Shown here: positions 7,690 through 16,542 of the stretch, piece by piece
Numbering within the stretch: position 1 is the first letter of the stretch
How the letters are laid out: every line of letters begins with the position of its first letter
Virus genome (UHGV): UHGV-1363679
DNA from: a virus
Direction: 5' to 3' (one strand)
DNA: 40,131 nucleotides
The notes under the pieces: model-generated
Database searches by the model: none
What the model saw: only the letters and a program-made list of their open reading frames with translations
What the model was told of the DNA's origin: nothing
Translations under genes and position numbers: made by a program

Positions 7690-7862
7690 ATGAGAAAAAT
7701 TTATAACTTAAGAAGAATTGCAGTATTGCTAATCGTTTTCGGATTGGGGTTGATAGTGGGTGGAAACTTTAATCCAATCATCCAAAATGTGTATATTGGA
7801 TTGTTCATTATTTGGACATTATTTTATGACTTAGCTCTTGAAGATAGAGAGGTAAATAAATG
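7690..7862 (+). CDS. Small membrane protein (57 aa).
   Basis: Manual: AAGGAGAAATGAA-ATG, MRKIYNLRRIAVLLIVFGLGLIVGGNFNPIIQNVYIGLFIIWTLFY... has two hydrophobic segments. Confidence 0.4.
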
Positions 7863-7970
7863 ACAAGGAAAGAAAAATTACAGCAAACGAAAAAACTTGC
7901 TGATTTATGGTACCAGCAACAAAAGGGGCAGATATATATTACTCAACAAAAAAAGAGAAGAGGTATTTGA

Positions 7971-8273
7971 ATGCCAAAATTATATGATTTTAAAAAAGCT
8001 AAAGATCTAATCGATGTCGAAGTGGATAATGCAGATGTTGATAAAGTATGTTTAGGAACTCTCTCAGATTACTTTTGGACTGCCGAAACTGTTTGGGAAA
8101 AAGGCAAATATATTATTGACTTGGGAAAAGTAAAGACTATTGCTGGAATTCCAGGAAGTGATTGGGATACTCCAATTATCAATATTTATTATTCTGATGG
8201 AAAAGAGAAGAAAGTCGAATGTTTCAAAGAGGTAACAAGCGATGAATTTGCTGATTTTTGTCGGAAGTTATAA
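7971..8273 (+). CDS. Hypothetical protein (100 aa).
   Basis: ORF-track. Compact operon context. Confidence 0.45.
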   Translation: MPKLYDFKKAKDLIDVEVDNADVDKVCLGTLSDYFWTAETVWEKGKYIIDLGKVKTIAGIPGSDWDTPIINIYYSDGKEKKVECFKEVTSDEFADFCRKL

Positions 8274-8463
8274 AAAAATGCCCAATCGTCTGCCAACGAT
8301 TAAGGCACATACAAAAATTATACAAGAAAAATTATATCACAGAAACGAGGTCTTGTGAATGAATCGTAGTGAAGCAGATGCGCTAGATCAATTTTTAACA
8401 GAGCCGTTAGAAGAATTACAGAAAATCGAACCAGAATGGGAGTATGACGAGGAGGAAGATAGC

Positions 8464-8944
8464 CGTGGCAACACTTTATGAACTTAGCAACGATTATTTA
8501 AAAGTTTTGTCATTAGCTGAAGAGCTTGATGATGGAACATTAAAAGATACGTTAGATAGTATTAGCGATTCAATCGATTTAAAAGTAGAAAACACAGCAA
8601 AAGTAGTTAAAGAACTTGAAAGCAACATATCTATTGTTGAAAAAGAAATCAAACGGCTACAGTCACGAAAAACAACGCTTTCTAACAATGTAAAGAATCT
8701 AAAAGGATATCTGCAAGATGAAATGGAAAAGGTAGGCAAAACGAAAATCAAGGGCGAATTATTCAATGTAGGAATTCAAAACAATCCAGTTTCCGTGAAT
8801 ATTATAGACGAAAAATTAATTCCTATTGGCTTTTTAATTCCTCAACCTCCCAAAGTTGATAAAACAGCTTTGAAAGAAGAACTGAAACATGGGGAAATCA
8901 AAGGTGCAGAATTAGTTCAAACTAAGAGTTTGAGAATTAGATAG
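8464..8944 (+). CDS. Sipho_Gp157-family protein (Sfi21 gp157-like, phage-resistance associated).
   Basis: N-terminal ATLYELSNDYLKVLSLAEELDD... matches the Gp157 family start. It sits immediately upstream of a Sak4-like ATPase, as in Sfi21-type replication modules. GTG 8464 after GAGGAGGAAG is preferred over ATG 8444. Confidence 0.6.
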
Positions 8945-8955
8945 GAGGTTTCAAT

Positions 8956-9972
8956 ATGGAAATAAAAAAGGCTAAACGCGAAAAAATAAAAGTTCCTATC
9001 ATGATAACTGGCGCAAGTGGTAGTGGAAAAACAGTAAGTGCGTTGTTTATTGCTAAAGGAATTATTGAAAAAATGCATTCAGACTTATCAGAACAAGAAC
9101 AATGGGAAAAAATAGGTGTCATTGACACTGAGCACAAACGATCGTTGTTATATGCTGATTCAACTATTGGGAATGTCGACATAGGGGAATTTTTGCATAT
9201 TGATTTTGAAGCACCATTTACTGTACAGCGATATATACAGGCTTTTAATTTATTCAAACAAGCTGGGGTAGAGGTGGTCATAGTCGATTCTCTAACACAT
9301 GCTTGGAGTGGTGAAGGTGGCATTTTAGAACAAGTAGAAAACCATCAGAGAGGCAACTCTAAAAATCAAATGTTGGCTTGGAATAAAGTAAAACCATTAG
9401 AGAAAGAATTTCTTAAGTTAGTAACAGGAAATTCAATGTATGTGATTGGAACGTCTAGAAGTAAGCAAGCCTACGACATGGAAAAAAATGAACAAGGTAA
9501 AACACAAGTAGTAAAACTAGGGTTGAAACCTGATCAAAAAGATAGTTTGGAATATGAATTTGCTATCGCTTTACGTATTGATCAGGACCACATAGCGGAA
9601 GCTACCAAAGATAACTCAAATATGTTTAATATGCCTTTTAAAATAACAAAAGAAGTAGGCGAAAAAATATATGAATGGAGTAGCGAAGGAATAGATTTAG
9701 AAAAATTAAAAGATGAATTAATTAGTAGTATTACAGAACTTGCTACACAATCTGAAAATCATGAAAATATGTTTAAAGAGTTGCACAGCAAGATTAACAA
9801 CGTACCTTTAAAAAACGTAAAAACTAAAGTTCTTGAGCGTATGAAAGAAATGTTAGAAAAGATTGAAGTTCCTAGTGTAGAACAACAAAGTGAAAACGAA
9901 CTAGATGAAGAACAAACAGAATTATTTGACGAGGCAAATCCTCCTATTGCAAATGATTTTGAAAAGAAGTGA
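8956..9972 (+). CDS. Sak4-like RecA-fold ATPase (AAA_24), a phage single-strand annealing / recombination helper.
   Basis: Walker A GASGSGKT. Walker B hhhhDS (VVIVDSL). Position between gp157 and the replisome organizer. Confidence 0.7.
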   Translation: MEIKKAKREKIKVPIMITGASGSGKTVSALFIAKGIIEKMHSDLSEQEQWEKIGVIDTEHKRSLLYADSTIGNVDIGEFLHIDFEAPFTVQRYIQAFNLFKQAGVEVVIVDSLTHAWSGEGGILEQVENHQRGNSKNQMLAWNKVKPLEKEFLKLVTGNSMYVIGTSRSKQAYDMEKNEQGKTQVVKLGLKPDQKDSLEYEFAIALRIDQDHIAEATKDNSNMFNMPFKITKEVGEKIYEWSSEGIDLEKLKDELISSITELATQSENHENMFKELHSKINNVPLKNVKTKVLERMKEMLEKIEVPSVEQQSENELDEEQTELFDEANPPIANDFEKK

Positions 9973-9976
9973 TTGA

Positions 9977-10618
9977 ATGATTGGAAAAATCATAAACCAC
10001 AAAGGGAATAAATTGGTCATCGAATTTGAGGATGAAATAAATTCAAATTTTCTCGAACTTCTGGCTAATAACGATGATAATTTAGCGAAAGTTGAATTCT
10101 TAGATAATCGACAGATGTCTCAAAAACAGAATGCACTTTCTCACGTTCTAATAGCCGATGTGGCACGTTGGAGCTATGACGAACCTAAATGGATTGAAAG
10201 TGTCTTGAAATACTACTACGAGGCTAAGAGTGGTGTTTATTTTGAACATAGTCGAGCTACCAAGAATGAAGCGACTGAGTGGATTGGTTTCTTGATTGAA
10301 TTCATTTTGAAAAACGATATACCATTGGAAAAAAGATACCAATACTTGCTTGAAAACAACAAATGGTTTTATTACTGCCTGAAATATCGTAAGTGCTGTA
10401 TTTGCGGTAAGCATGCTGACGTTTGTCACATTGAGGTTGTTGGTATGGGGCGTAATCGTAAAAAAATCAATCATGAGACATTCACATTTTATGCTGGTTG
10501 CCGTCAACACCATCAAGAGGAACACCAAATAGGCACTAAGAACTTCTTGAATAAGTATCAAATTAAACCGGTGAAATTGAACACTGATGAACGTAAAAAA
10601 TTAAACATAGGGGGATAA
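9977..10618 (+). CDS. Putative HNH-like nuclease (HNHc_6-like), part of the replication module.
   Basis: Cys/His cluster CCICGKHADVCHIEVVGMGRNRKKINHETFTFYAGCRQHHQEEH. Position after Sak4. Confidence 0.5.
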   Translation: MIGKIINHKGNKLVIEFEDEINSNFLELLANNDDNLAKVEFLDNRQMSQKQNALSHVLIADVARWSYDEPKWIESVLKYYYEAKSGVYFEHSRATKNEATEWIGFLIEFILKNDIPLEKRYQYLLENNKWFYYCLKYRKCCICGKHADVCHIEVVGMGRNRKKINHETFTFYAGCRQHHQEEHQIGTKNFLNKYQIKPVKLNTDERKKLNIGG

Positions 10619-10621
10619 CAA

Positions 10622-11428
10622 ATGGAGAGAGCGTTTAAAGGTATTTGGATCCCTAAAAACGTTTGGCTTGATGATGAATTAAGCTGGATAGAAAAATTTT
10701 TGATAGTTGAGATCGATAGTTTAGACAATGAAAATGGCTGTTTTGCTAGCAATGAATACTTTTCAAATTTCTTTGGTCTTAGTAAAGATAGGGTTTCTAA
10801 ACTTATATCCGGATTAAAAGAAAAAGGCTACATTGACGTAAGTTATCAGTACAAATCAGGGACAAAATCAATAGAGAGACGTGTAGTTAAAATTACCGAT
10901 AGGTATAGGCGAAAACAACTAGAGGGTATAGGTGAAAATAACTATAGGGGTATAGGCGAAAACGCCAAAGATAATAATACATTACTTAATAATACAGAGA
11001 ATAATACAAAGAATAAAAAGAATAGTGTTGAGCCGAGCTCAACTATGCCTGAATTATTCGAAAAAGTTTGGAAAACTTATCCAAAGAAAACCAACAAGAA
11101 AAAAGCTAGAGAACAATTTTTAAAGAAATTTAAGTCAGAAGAAGATTTGGTCCAGTTCGAAAAAGGATATAAAGAATATCTTGCGTATATTAAATTAAAC
11201 GATTGGTACCATCCACAAGAATTATTTCGTTGGATCCGTGATGATCGTTATAACGATGAATATGATTTATCTAAAACAAATAAACTGCCAGCCTATTCTA
11301 AGGTGCCAATGAGACAAGAAAAGTTACCTGATTGGGCTAACAATCAGAAGCAAGAAGAAGAGAAACTTTCGTCAGAGGAACAAGCTGAGCTTGATAGACA
11401 AATAAAAGAATACTTGGAGGGTAAATGA
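10622..11428 (+). CDS. Phage replisome organizer / replication initiation protein (Phage_rep_org_N, DnaD-like).
   Basis: IWIPKNVWLDDELSWIEKFLIVEIDSLDNENGCFASNEYFSNFFGLSKDRVSKLISGLKEKGYI matches the replisome-organizer N-domain. The gene contains the iteron array. Confidence 0.8.
   Translation: MERAFKGIWIPKNVWLDDELSWIEKFLIVEIDSLDNENGCFASNEYFSNFFGLSKDRVSKLISGLKEKGYIDVSYQYKSGTKSIERRVVKITDRYRRKQLEGIGENNYRGIGENAKDNNTLLNNTENNTKNKKNSVEPSSTMPELFEKVWKTYPKKTNKKKAREQFLKKFKSEEDLVQFEKGYKEYLAYIKLNDWYHPQELFRWIRDDRYNDEYDLSKTNKLPAYSKVPMRQEKLPDWANNQKQEEEKLSSEEQAELDRQIKEYLEGK
10902..11010. repeat. Origin-of-replication iterons inside the rep gene: GGTATAGG(C/T)GAAAA(C/T) x3 at 10902, 10925 and 10949 (23-24 bp period). 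An AT-rich tract follows with AATAATAC x3.
   Basis: Direct repeats read from the sequence. Intragenic iteron ori is typical of Sfi21/TP901-1-type replication modules. Confidence 0.6.
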
Positions 11429-11736
11429 TGAATGAATTAGTTAAATTAATTGAGAAATGGGCAAGAGAAAAAAATCTAGATATCGCAGAGCCTGAGAAAC
11501 AAATGCTAAAAGTGGTTGAAGAAGTCGGAGAAGTCGCAGCAGCATTAGCAAGAAATAATAAAAATGATTTAAGGGATGGTATCGGTGATGTTGTTGTGAC
11601 ACTAGTTATTCTCGCTATGCAAAATGATATGGATTTATATGAATGTCTGAACCAAGCGTATAACGAGATTAAAGATCGTAAGGGAAAAAATGTCAATGGT
11701 GTGTTCGTTAAGGAGAGTGATTTGAATGATAAATAA
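11425..11736 (+). CDS. MazG-like nucleotide pyrophosphohydrolase.
   Basis: [14 protein letters not shown]...[11 protein letters not shown] motif of the MazG / NTP-PPase family. Confidence 0.7.
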   Translation: MMNELVKLIEKWAREKNLDIAEPEKQMLKVVEEVGEVAAALARNNKNDLRDGIGDVVVTLVILAMQNDMDLYECLNQAYNEIKDRKGKNVNGVFVKESDLNDK

Positions 11737-12253
11737 TGTGGTATTAATCGGAAGGCTGACGAAAGATATAGATTTACGCTACACCGCAAGTGGTTCTGCA
11801 GTTGGAAGCTTTACTCTTGCTGTGAACCGTAATTTTACAAACCAAAACGGCGAACGAGAAGCGGATTTTATCAACTGTGTAATTTGGCGTAAGCCTGCTG
11901 AAACAATGGCTAATTATGCTCGCAAAGGAACATTATTAGGAGTTGTTGGAAGAATTCAAACTCGTAATTATGACAACCAACAAGGCCAACGTGTCTATGT
12001 GACTGAAGTTGTTTGCGAAAGTTTCCAATTATTAGAGTCAAAAAGTACCAATGAAAATAGAAATAGCATCCAGACGTCACAGAATGACGGTACAAGCGTT
12101 CAAAATAATTTCGAGAGTAATTATGCCACAAATCAAAATAAAGGCTTAAATCAGCAAAATAACAGCCAACAAATGTCGTTTGGTGGAGATGTGGATCCGT
12201 TCGCAGATGCAGGTAATTCAATCGACATTAGCGATGATGATCTGCCGTTCTAG
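11726..12253 (+). CDS. ssb: Single-stranded DNA-binding protein.
   Basis: OB-fold N-terminus ([31 protein letters not shown]...). Gln/Asn-rich linker. Acidic tail DDDLPF. Confidence 0.9.
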   Translation: MINNVVLIGRLTKDIDLRYTASGSAVGSFTLAVNRNFTNQNGEREADFINCVIWRKPAETMANYARKGTLLGVVGRIQTRNYDNQQGQRVYVTEVVCESFQLLESKSTNENRNSIQTSQNDGTSVQNNFESNYATNQNKGLNQQNNSQQMSFGGDVDPFADAGNSIDISDDDLPF

Positions 12254-12265
12254 GAGGTTAAAGAA

Positions 12266-12595
12266 ATGAACAGTGTAATTTTTGAAGATATAGCACGTAT
12301 TCAAGCTGAAAAAAAGCAAAAGCGAAAAGAAATGCTCAAGCTAATGAATGAGAATCCGGACTGGTATAAACATCCCAAAAGCATGGTCTATCGTCAAATT
12401 AAAATGCTTGGTAAGGATATTGGTGAGCAAACAATGGATAAATCTAAACCAATCAACTCAATTGATAAAGACAAGTTTACCATTCAAGAATATTTGTATT
12501 TGCAGTGGATTGGTTATTCAGTGAATGCAATCATAGAAGCGTTAGGAATGCCTAGAAACAAATTTTGGGAATATAAAGCTGAACATTTAAATTAG
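12266..12595 (+). CDS. Hypothetical protein (109 aa).
   Basis: ORF-track. Confidence 0.45.
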   Translation: MNSVIFEDIARIQAEKKQKRKEMLKLMNENPDWYKHPKSMVYRQIKMLGKDIGEQTMDKSKPINSIDKDKFTIQEYLYLQWIGYSVNAIIEALGMPRNKFWEYKAEHLN

Positions 12596-12614
12596 ATTTA
12601 TGAAATGAAAGCGA

Positions 12615-12821
12615 GTGTTCATTTTGCTGGAGATTTATTACACGCCAACATCCGCTATTATTGCGGATACATTGGCTAAAACATATGAGGTCGTTTCTTT
12701 AGAAACAGCTAGAAATATTGCCAAGAAATTTAAGGCTAGTTTAAAGCAGAAAACGGACCTTTATGTGATCGAGGGAATTTTGATTGATGCTGGTTATAAA
12801 AATGAGCCAGTGAATTTATAG
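12615..12821 (+). CDS. Hypothetical protein (68 aa, GTG start; start uncertain).
   Basis: ORF-track. Confidence 0.35.
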   Translation: MFILLEIYYTPTSAIIADTLAKTYEVVSLETARNIAKKFKASLKQKTDLYVIEGILIDAGYKNEPVNL

Positions 12822-12842
12822 AAGGGAGTGGAGGGTTTGAAC

Positions 12843-13022
12843 ATGAGAAAAAATTACAGATTGATTTACAAACAGTGTTTCATGGGTGAAGAATTGCAGG
12901 ACACAATTATGAAATACAACAAGACAATTGCTGAGATGGAGCAATCAGTAAATGACTTGTACAGCGATCCTCATGTGTTTAGTGTTCGCTATGAAGAGGT
13001 GCAAAATGATACCGAAGTTTAG
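12843..13022 (+). CDS. Hypothetical protein (~59 aa).
   Basis: GGAGGGTTTGAAC-ATG. Confidence 0.35.
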   Translation: MRKNYRLIYKQCFMGEELQDTIMKYNKTIAEMEQSVNDLYSDPHVFSVRYEEVQNDTEV

Positions 13023-13437
13023 AGCGTGGGATACCTACGAGAAAGAAATGCTAGAAAATGTTACACCTTTGTTTGATGAATCGAATAGCATGATGGCCAT
13101 AATTACGGATTTTCAGATTAAAGGCAGTCCTGGTACGTCTGAAATAGAGATAGTAAGTTATGATACAACTTTTAATTGGGATGAATTTCCTTATGTCATC
13201 ATGCAATCAACAGGCTTGAAAGACAAGAACGGCGTTGAAATTTTTGAGGGTGATGTATTATATTACATTCCTTTCGAATCGCATATAAATAATAGCATCA
13301 TTGTATTTGAAAAAGGCTCATTCTGCAAAAAAATGTTAAGAAATGGAAAATTAACATCGGTTAAATTCATTGACAGCGAAGAATATGAAGTTATTGGAAA
13401 TATACACGAAAACCCAGAATTATTGGAGGGAAATTAA
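13006..13437 (+). CDS. YopX-family phage protein.
   Basis: MIPKFRAWDTYEKEML... N-terminus typical of YopX. RBS GAGGTG before ATG 13006. The ORF-track start 12952 is probably too far upstream. Confidence 0.6.
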   Translation: MIPKFRAWDTYEKEMLENVTPLFDESNSMMAIITDFQIKGSPGTSEIEIVSYDTTFNWDEFPYVIMQSTGLKDKNGVEIFEGDVLYYIPFESHINNSIIVFEKGSFCKKMLRNGKLTSVKFIDSEEYEVIGNIHENPELLEGN

Positions 13438-13773
13438 ATGCATGAACTAATAAAAGAAATTGAACGTCAACTAGAAATGGATCGCATAGAAGCAAATATG
13501 TCAGCAGAAGATATTTTGTACATCGTCAAAGGTTTTAAAAGGCCATATCTAAACGAAAATCAGCAGGTTGTGCTTGATTGGTTGAAAGAAAAATATACAG
13601 TCACAAATATTGAACCTATAGAATTATTTTGGAGACTGAGAGTCAATTCTATAAAACCAGACTATCGTGGTAGACTTGTCTATAGAAGTTACAGATATAT
13701 GTCAAAAATTGGGCAATTACAAGTCTTACAAGCGTTTGGCTGTTGGGCCATTGAACAGGAGGAAGCTGAATGA
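13438..13773 (+). CDS. Hypothetical protein (111 aa).
   Basis: ORF-track. ATG overlaps the previous stop (TAAATG). Confidence 0.45.
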   Translation: MHELIKEIERQLEMDRIEANMSAEDILYIVKGFKRPYLNENQQVVLDWLKEKYTVTNIEPIELFWRLRVNSIKPDYRGRLVYRSYRYMSKIGQLQVLQAFGCWAIEQEEAE

Positions 13774-14003
13774 GTCTTGAAAAATGCAAAGCATGTTCTG
13801 ACTATTTCAAATGGGATGACGACGTTATACAAGTAGACAATGATTATTACCATAAAGACTGTGTAACGTTATACCCAACCGGCTATTGCGCTTTCCTTTA
13901 TGAGGACTGTTTAGGAGAAACGGAAAATGATGATGGTGATATGGCTTTTAATCTTTTGAGTAAGGGTGAGTATATAGATTTGGATGAGGAGGAATCGGAA
14001 TGA
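13770..14003 (+). CDS. Small Cys-containing hypothetical protein (77 aa).
   Basis: ORF-track. CKAC....HKDC pattern. Confidence 0.4.
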   Translation: MSLEKCKACSDYFKWDDDVIQVDNDYYHKDCVTLYPTGYCAFLYEDCLGETENDDGDMAFNLLSKGEYIDLDEEESE

Positions 14004-14323
14004 AACTATATCGATATGAAAGTTCAAAAAATACTGGACATTGGACAGAAAGTAAAGGACAGGCAAATAAAGAATTCGAAGATGAAAAAGACTACTTAAT
14101 GGCCGATGAGCCCGATGAAGACGAAACAGTAAAATTAGTCTCAATTGAGGTACCTGATGATTTGATAGATGAACTAGAAGATGAATCCAAAGAAGTGAAA
14201 CAGGCCGTATTAATGCATGATCCAGATTGTTTGGACGAAAACCCAAGAGATGATGGCTGGGACTTCGATTATTACGCTGCTTGGTCTGATGGTGTTGAGA
14301 AACGCAAGGAGGAAGTGAAATGA
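14000..14323 (+). CDS. Strongly acidic hypothetical protein (107 aa).
   Basis: ORF-track. Long D/E runs (DEPDEDETV, DDLIDELEDESKE, DPDCLDENPRDDGWDFDYY). Confidence 0.5.
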   Translation: MKLYRYESSKNTGHWTESKGQANKEFEDEKDYLMADEPDEDETVKLVSIEVPDDLIDELEDESKEVKQAVLMHDPDCLDENPRDDGWDFDYYAAWSDGVEKRKEEVK

Positions 14324-14487
14324 AACAATTAAAAATAAGCTATATAGATTTAGCTGTAATAATTGAAAGCATCTATTACGGAGGAGATGAAGATGTATCT
14401 GATACTGAGGACTTATTGAAATATTTGCGTAATAACGGACATCTGTCTACTGTTTTAACAGTTTCAAGAGGGATTAGCGATGAATAA
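14320..14487 (+). CDS. Small hypothetical protein (55 aa).
   Basis: Manual: ATGA overlap with the previous gene. MKQLKISYIDLAVIIESIYYGGDEDVSDTEDLLKYLRNNGHLSTVLTVSRGISDE*. Confidence 0.3.
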   Translation: MKQLKISYIDLAVIIESIYYGGDEDVSDTEDLLKYLRNNGHLSTVLTVSRGISDE

Positions 14488-14677
14488 ACGTCAAAAAAAT
14501 AAACAATTAAAAAAATGGCTAATTAAAAATGGGTATCCAGACAAAAAAGTAAAACTTTATTGTGTAGAATGCGACAACAGATTAAGTCTTAAAAATGAAT
14601 ACCATAAAAGATATATGGTATGTAACGAATTGTGCTATATGCACAGTGTGGGATTTAGTTTGAGTGATTTTCTATGA
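14480..14677 (+). CDS. Zinc-ribbon-like small protein (65 aa).
   Basis: CVECDN...CNELC Cys pairs. Confidence 0.4.
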   Translation: MNKRQKNKQLKKWLIKNGYPDKKVKLYCVECDNRLSLKNEYHKRYMVCNELCYMHSVGFSLSDFL

Positions 14678-14695
14678 AAGAATGGAGGAACAGCG

Positions 14696-14935
14696 ATGAA
14701 TAAACTTAATAATCAAGAAATAAAAACAAGAATAGAACAAACGTTTCCTGAATTGGTTTTAGGATGGGCAAGTGATACTGGCGTCCCAAGTATTTATTCA
14801 AAACGACTTTGTCGTGTAATAGCCTATACGTATCATGGAAAATGGATATTGAAATCTGAAATAAGTGAATATTCCAATCATATTGCAGCTATTATCAATT
14901 TGTTGGAACAATGGGATGGAAAAAAGGAGAATTAG
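14696..14935 (+). CDS. Hypothetical protein (79 aa).
   Basis: ORF-track. RBS GGAGGAACAGCG-ATG. Confidence 0.45.
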   Translation: MNKLNNQEIKTRIEQTFPELVLGWASDTGVPSIYSKRLCRVIAYTYHGKWILKSEISEYSNHIAAIINLLEQWDGKKEN

Positions 14936-14937
14936 CG

Positions 14938-15489
14938 ATGAATAACCAAAAATTGATTGAGAAATGGGAAAGTAAGGAAGGTGTTCCGTCATATGAAATA
15001 AGTGCCTTTCCAGTTAATCCATCTTTAAATGAAATGTATATTGCAGGTTATGGCGTTGCACGAAAAGAAATCCTAGACGATTTAAAACAACTAGACGAAC
15101 CGAAAAAAGTCGTGATACCACAAGTTGTGGCTGACTGGGTTAAATATGCTAAAAGACAAGGCTATGGATTTATGCAGTCGTATGATCCAATATATATGTC
15201 TTATCCAATTAACGATGGCCTTGATAAATGGATAGATGATAATGAAGAGACGTTTGCTCATGCTTGGCTTGACGGCTACGAAGTCGAGAAAGAACCAACG
15301 TATGTAATAAGCATTCCCAACAACAGTTTTTATAAACACTATTTAGCTAGATTTATAAATAATAATTTTGAGAAGCCTGTTTTTAGACACATTGGTGAAG
15401 AAGACCCGTTATTTTTTAAAGACAAAACAAAAGCAACTGTTATTGCTGATTGGGTGAACGGTACGGTTGAGAAGTGGGAGGATCAATAA
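14938..15489 (+). CDS. DUF1642-like phage protein (183 aa).
   Basis: Start at ATG 14938 (GGAGAATTAGCG-ATG). ...KKVVIPQVVADWVKYAKRQG... resembles DUF1642 proteins of dairy-phage early regions. Assignment from memory. Confidence 0.45.
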   Translation: MNNQKLIEKWESKEGVPSYEISAFPVNPSLNEMYIAGYGVARKEILDDLKQLDEPKKVVIPQVVADWVKYAKRQGYGFMQSYDPIYMSYPINDGLDKWIDDNEETFAHAWLDGYEVEKEPTYVISIPNNSFYKHYLARFINNNFEKPVFRHIGEEDPLFFKDKTKATVIADWVNGTVEKWEDQ

Positions 15490-15690
15490 ATGATTAAATT
15501 TAAAGAATTCAATACTCAACCTTACGATGTTCACATTACTGGATTTTTTAAAGATTTAAACAAGAAAAATCCAGGTGATGTTTTTGAATATGTTGACTTG
15601 AAATGCGTTGATAGAAACTTAGTGATATTAGTTTACCGTCAAACTAATAGAGGGATACGTCAGCTCCAAAATGTACTTAAGGGAGGATAA
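15490..15690 (+). CDS. Hypothetical protein (66 aa).
   Basis: ORF-track. Translationally coupled (TAAATG). Confidence 0.4.
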   Translation: MIKFKEFNTQPYDVHITGFFKDLNKKNPGDVFEYVDLKCVDRNLVILVYRQTNRGIRQLQNVLKGG

Positions 15691-15693
15691 GCA

Positions 15694-15885
15694 ATGCTAA
15701 GTTATCCAGAAGTTTATATTTTAGGGCGACAAGTCGATGGCGTTTATGTTGAGTATCTGAGAAGAACGTTTTACACACTATCAGAAGCTAAACGTAATGC
15801 AGATTTTTATAACAAACATTATAATGGCGAATGGAAAATTTTAAAATACGGTAGACCGATAACAGTATTAGGAGATGATGGTTAG
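15694..15885 (+). CDS. Hypothetical protein (63 aa).
   Basis: ORF-track. RBS GGGAGGATAAGCA-ATG. Confidence 0.4.
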   Translation: MLSYPEVYILGRQVDGVYVEYLRRTFYTLSEAKRNADFYNKHYNGEWKILKYGRPITVLGDDG

Positions 15886-16293
15886 TTGCGGACGTCAACA
15901 TTTAACTATATCAAAGATATTTTAGGAGACTATTATAAAACCGATGACTATATTCGGCAACGAGAGTTAGAACTACGACATCCGTATAAAGAAACGGATA
16001 TCAATGGCGATATTCAAGGCAAAGGGACTAATTCGGCTACGACTGAACGGTTAGCTATTACTATCGCTACAGATCGTCGGTTATGGAATTTAGAAAGGAA
16101 CCGCAATATTATCCAAAGTTGCCTAGCAGAATCGGATGAACAGACGCGGGTAATCATTGAAGAGCTTTACTTAAAAAACAGACCAACACTCACTTTATTA
16201 GGGGTAGCTCAACAGTTATTTATCAGTAAAAACACAGCCTATCGATTAAGAAATACTTTTTTTGAAAGAGTCGCAGAAGAATTAGGATTGTAA
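15886..16293 (+). CDS. ArpU/RinA-family late-gene transcriptional activator.
   Basis: The C-terminal sigma-region-4-like HTH ends ...LGVAQQLFISKNTAYRLRNTFFERVAEELGL (compare RinA ...ISRLAEELGEE). The N-terminal DYxxxDDYIRQRELEL block is also RinA-like. Position just upstream of the packaging genes. Confidence 0.7.
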   Translation: MRTSTFNYIKDILGDYYKTDDYIRQRELELRHPYKETDINGDIQGKGTNSATTERLAITIATDRRLWNLERNRNIIQSCLAESDEQTRVIIEELYLKNRPTLTLLGVAQQLFISKNTAYRLRNTFFERVAEELGL

Positions 16294-16461
16294 TGGGAAT
16301 TTGTTGGGAATTTTAACTGTAGTCAATATGGTAAATTAGTAGTGTGAGAAGTATAAGGAAATCAAAAATAAATATTATCTCGTTGCTAACACTGATCACA
16401 CTATCACTCGCAAACTGATACGTTCTCTTATTAGAGGGGAGGTGAAGAGCCTTCTCTTTTT

Positions 16462-16491
16462 TTCTATAGGGTTGCGAGTGCTGCTATTATA
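16462..16491 (+). promoter_or_regulatory. Candidate promoter for the moron gene: weak -35 TTTCTA, 18-nt spacer, extended -10 TGcTATTAT.
   Basis: Read from the sequence. Extended -10 TGn present. RBS AGGGGTG 6 nt before ATG 16543. Confidence 0.35.
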
Positions 16492-16542
16492 AAAACTAAA
16501 CCTTTGGTATACTTAAATAAAAAATTATCAGGGGTGCTTTAG

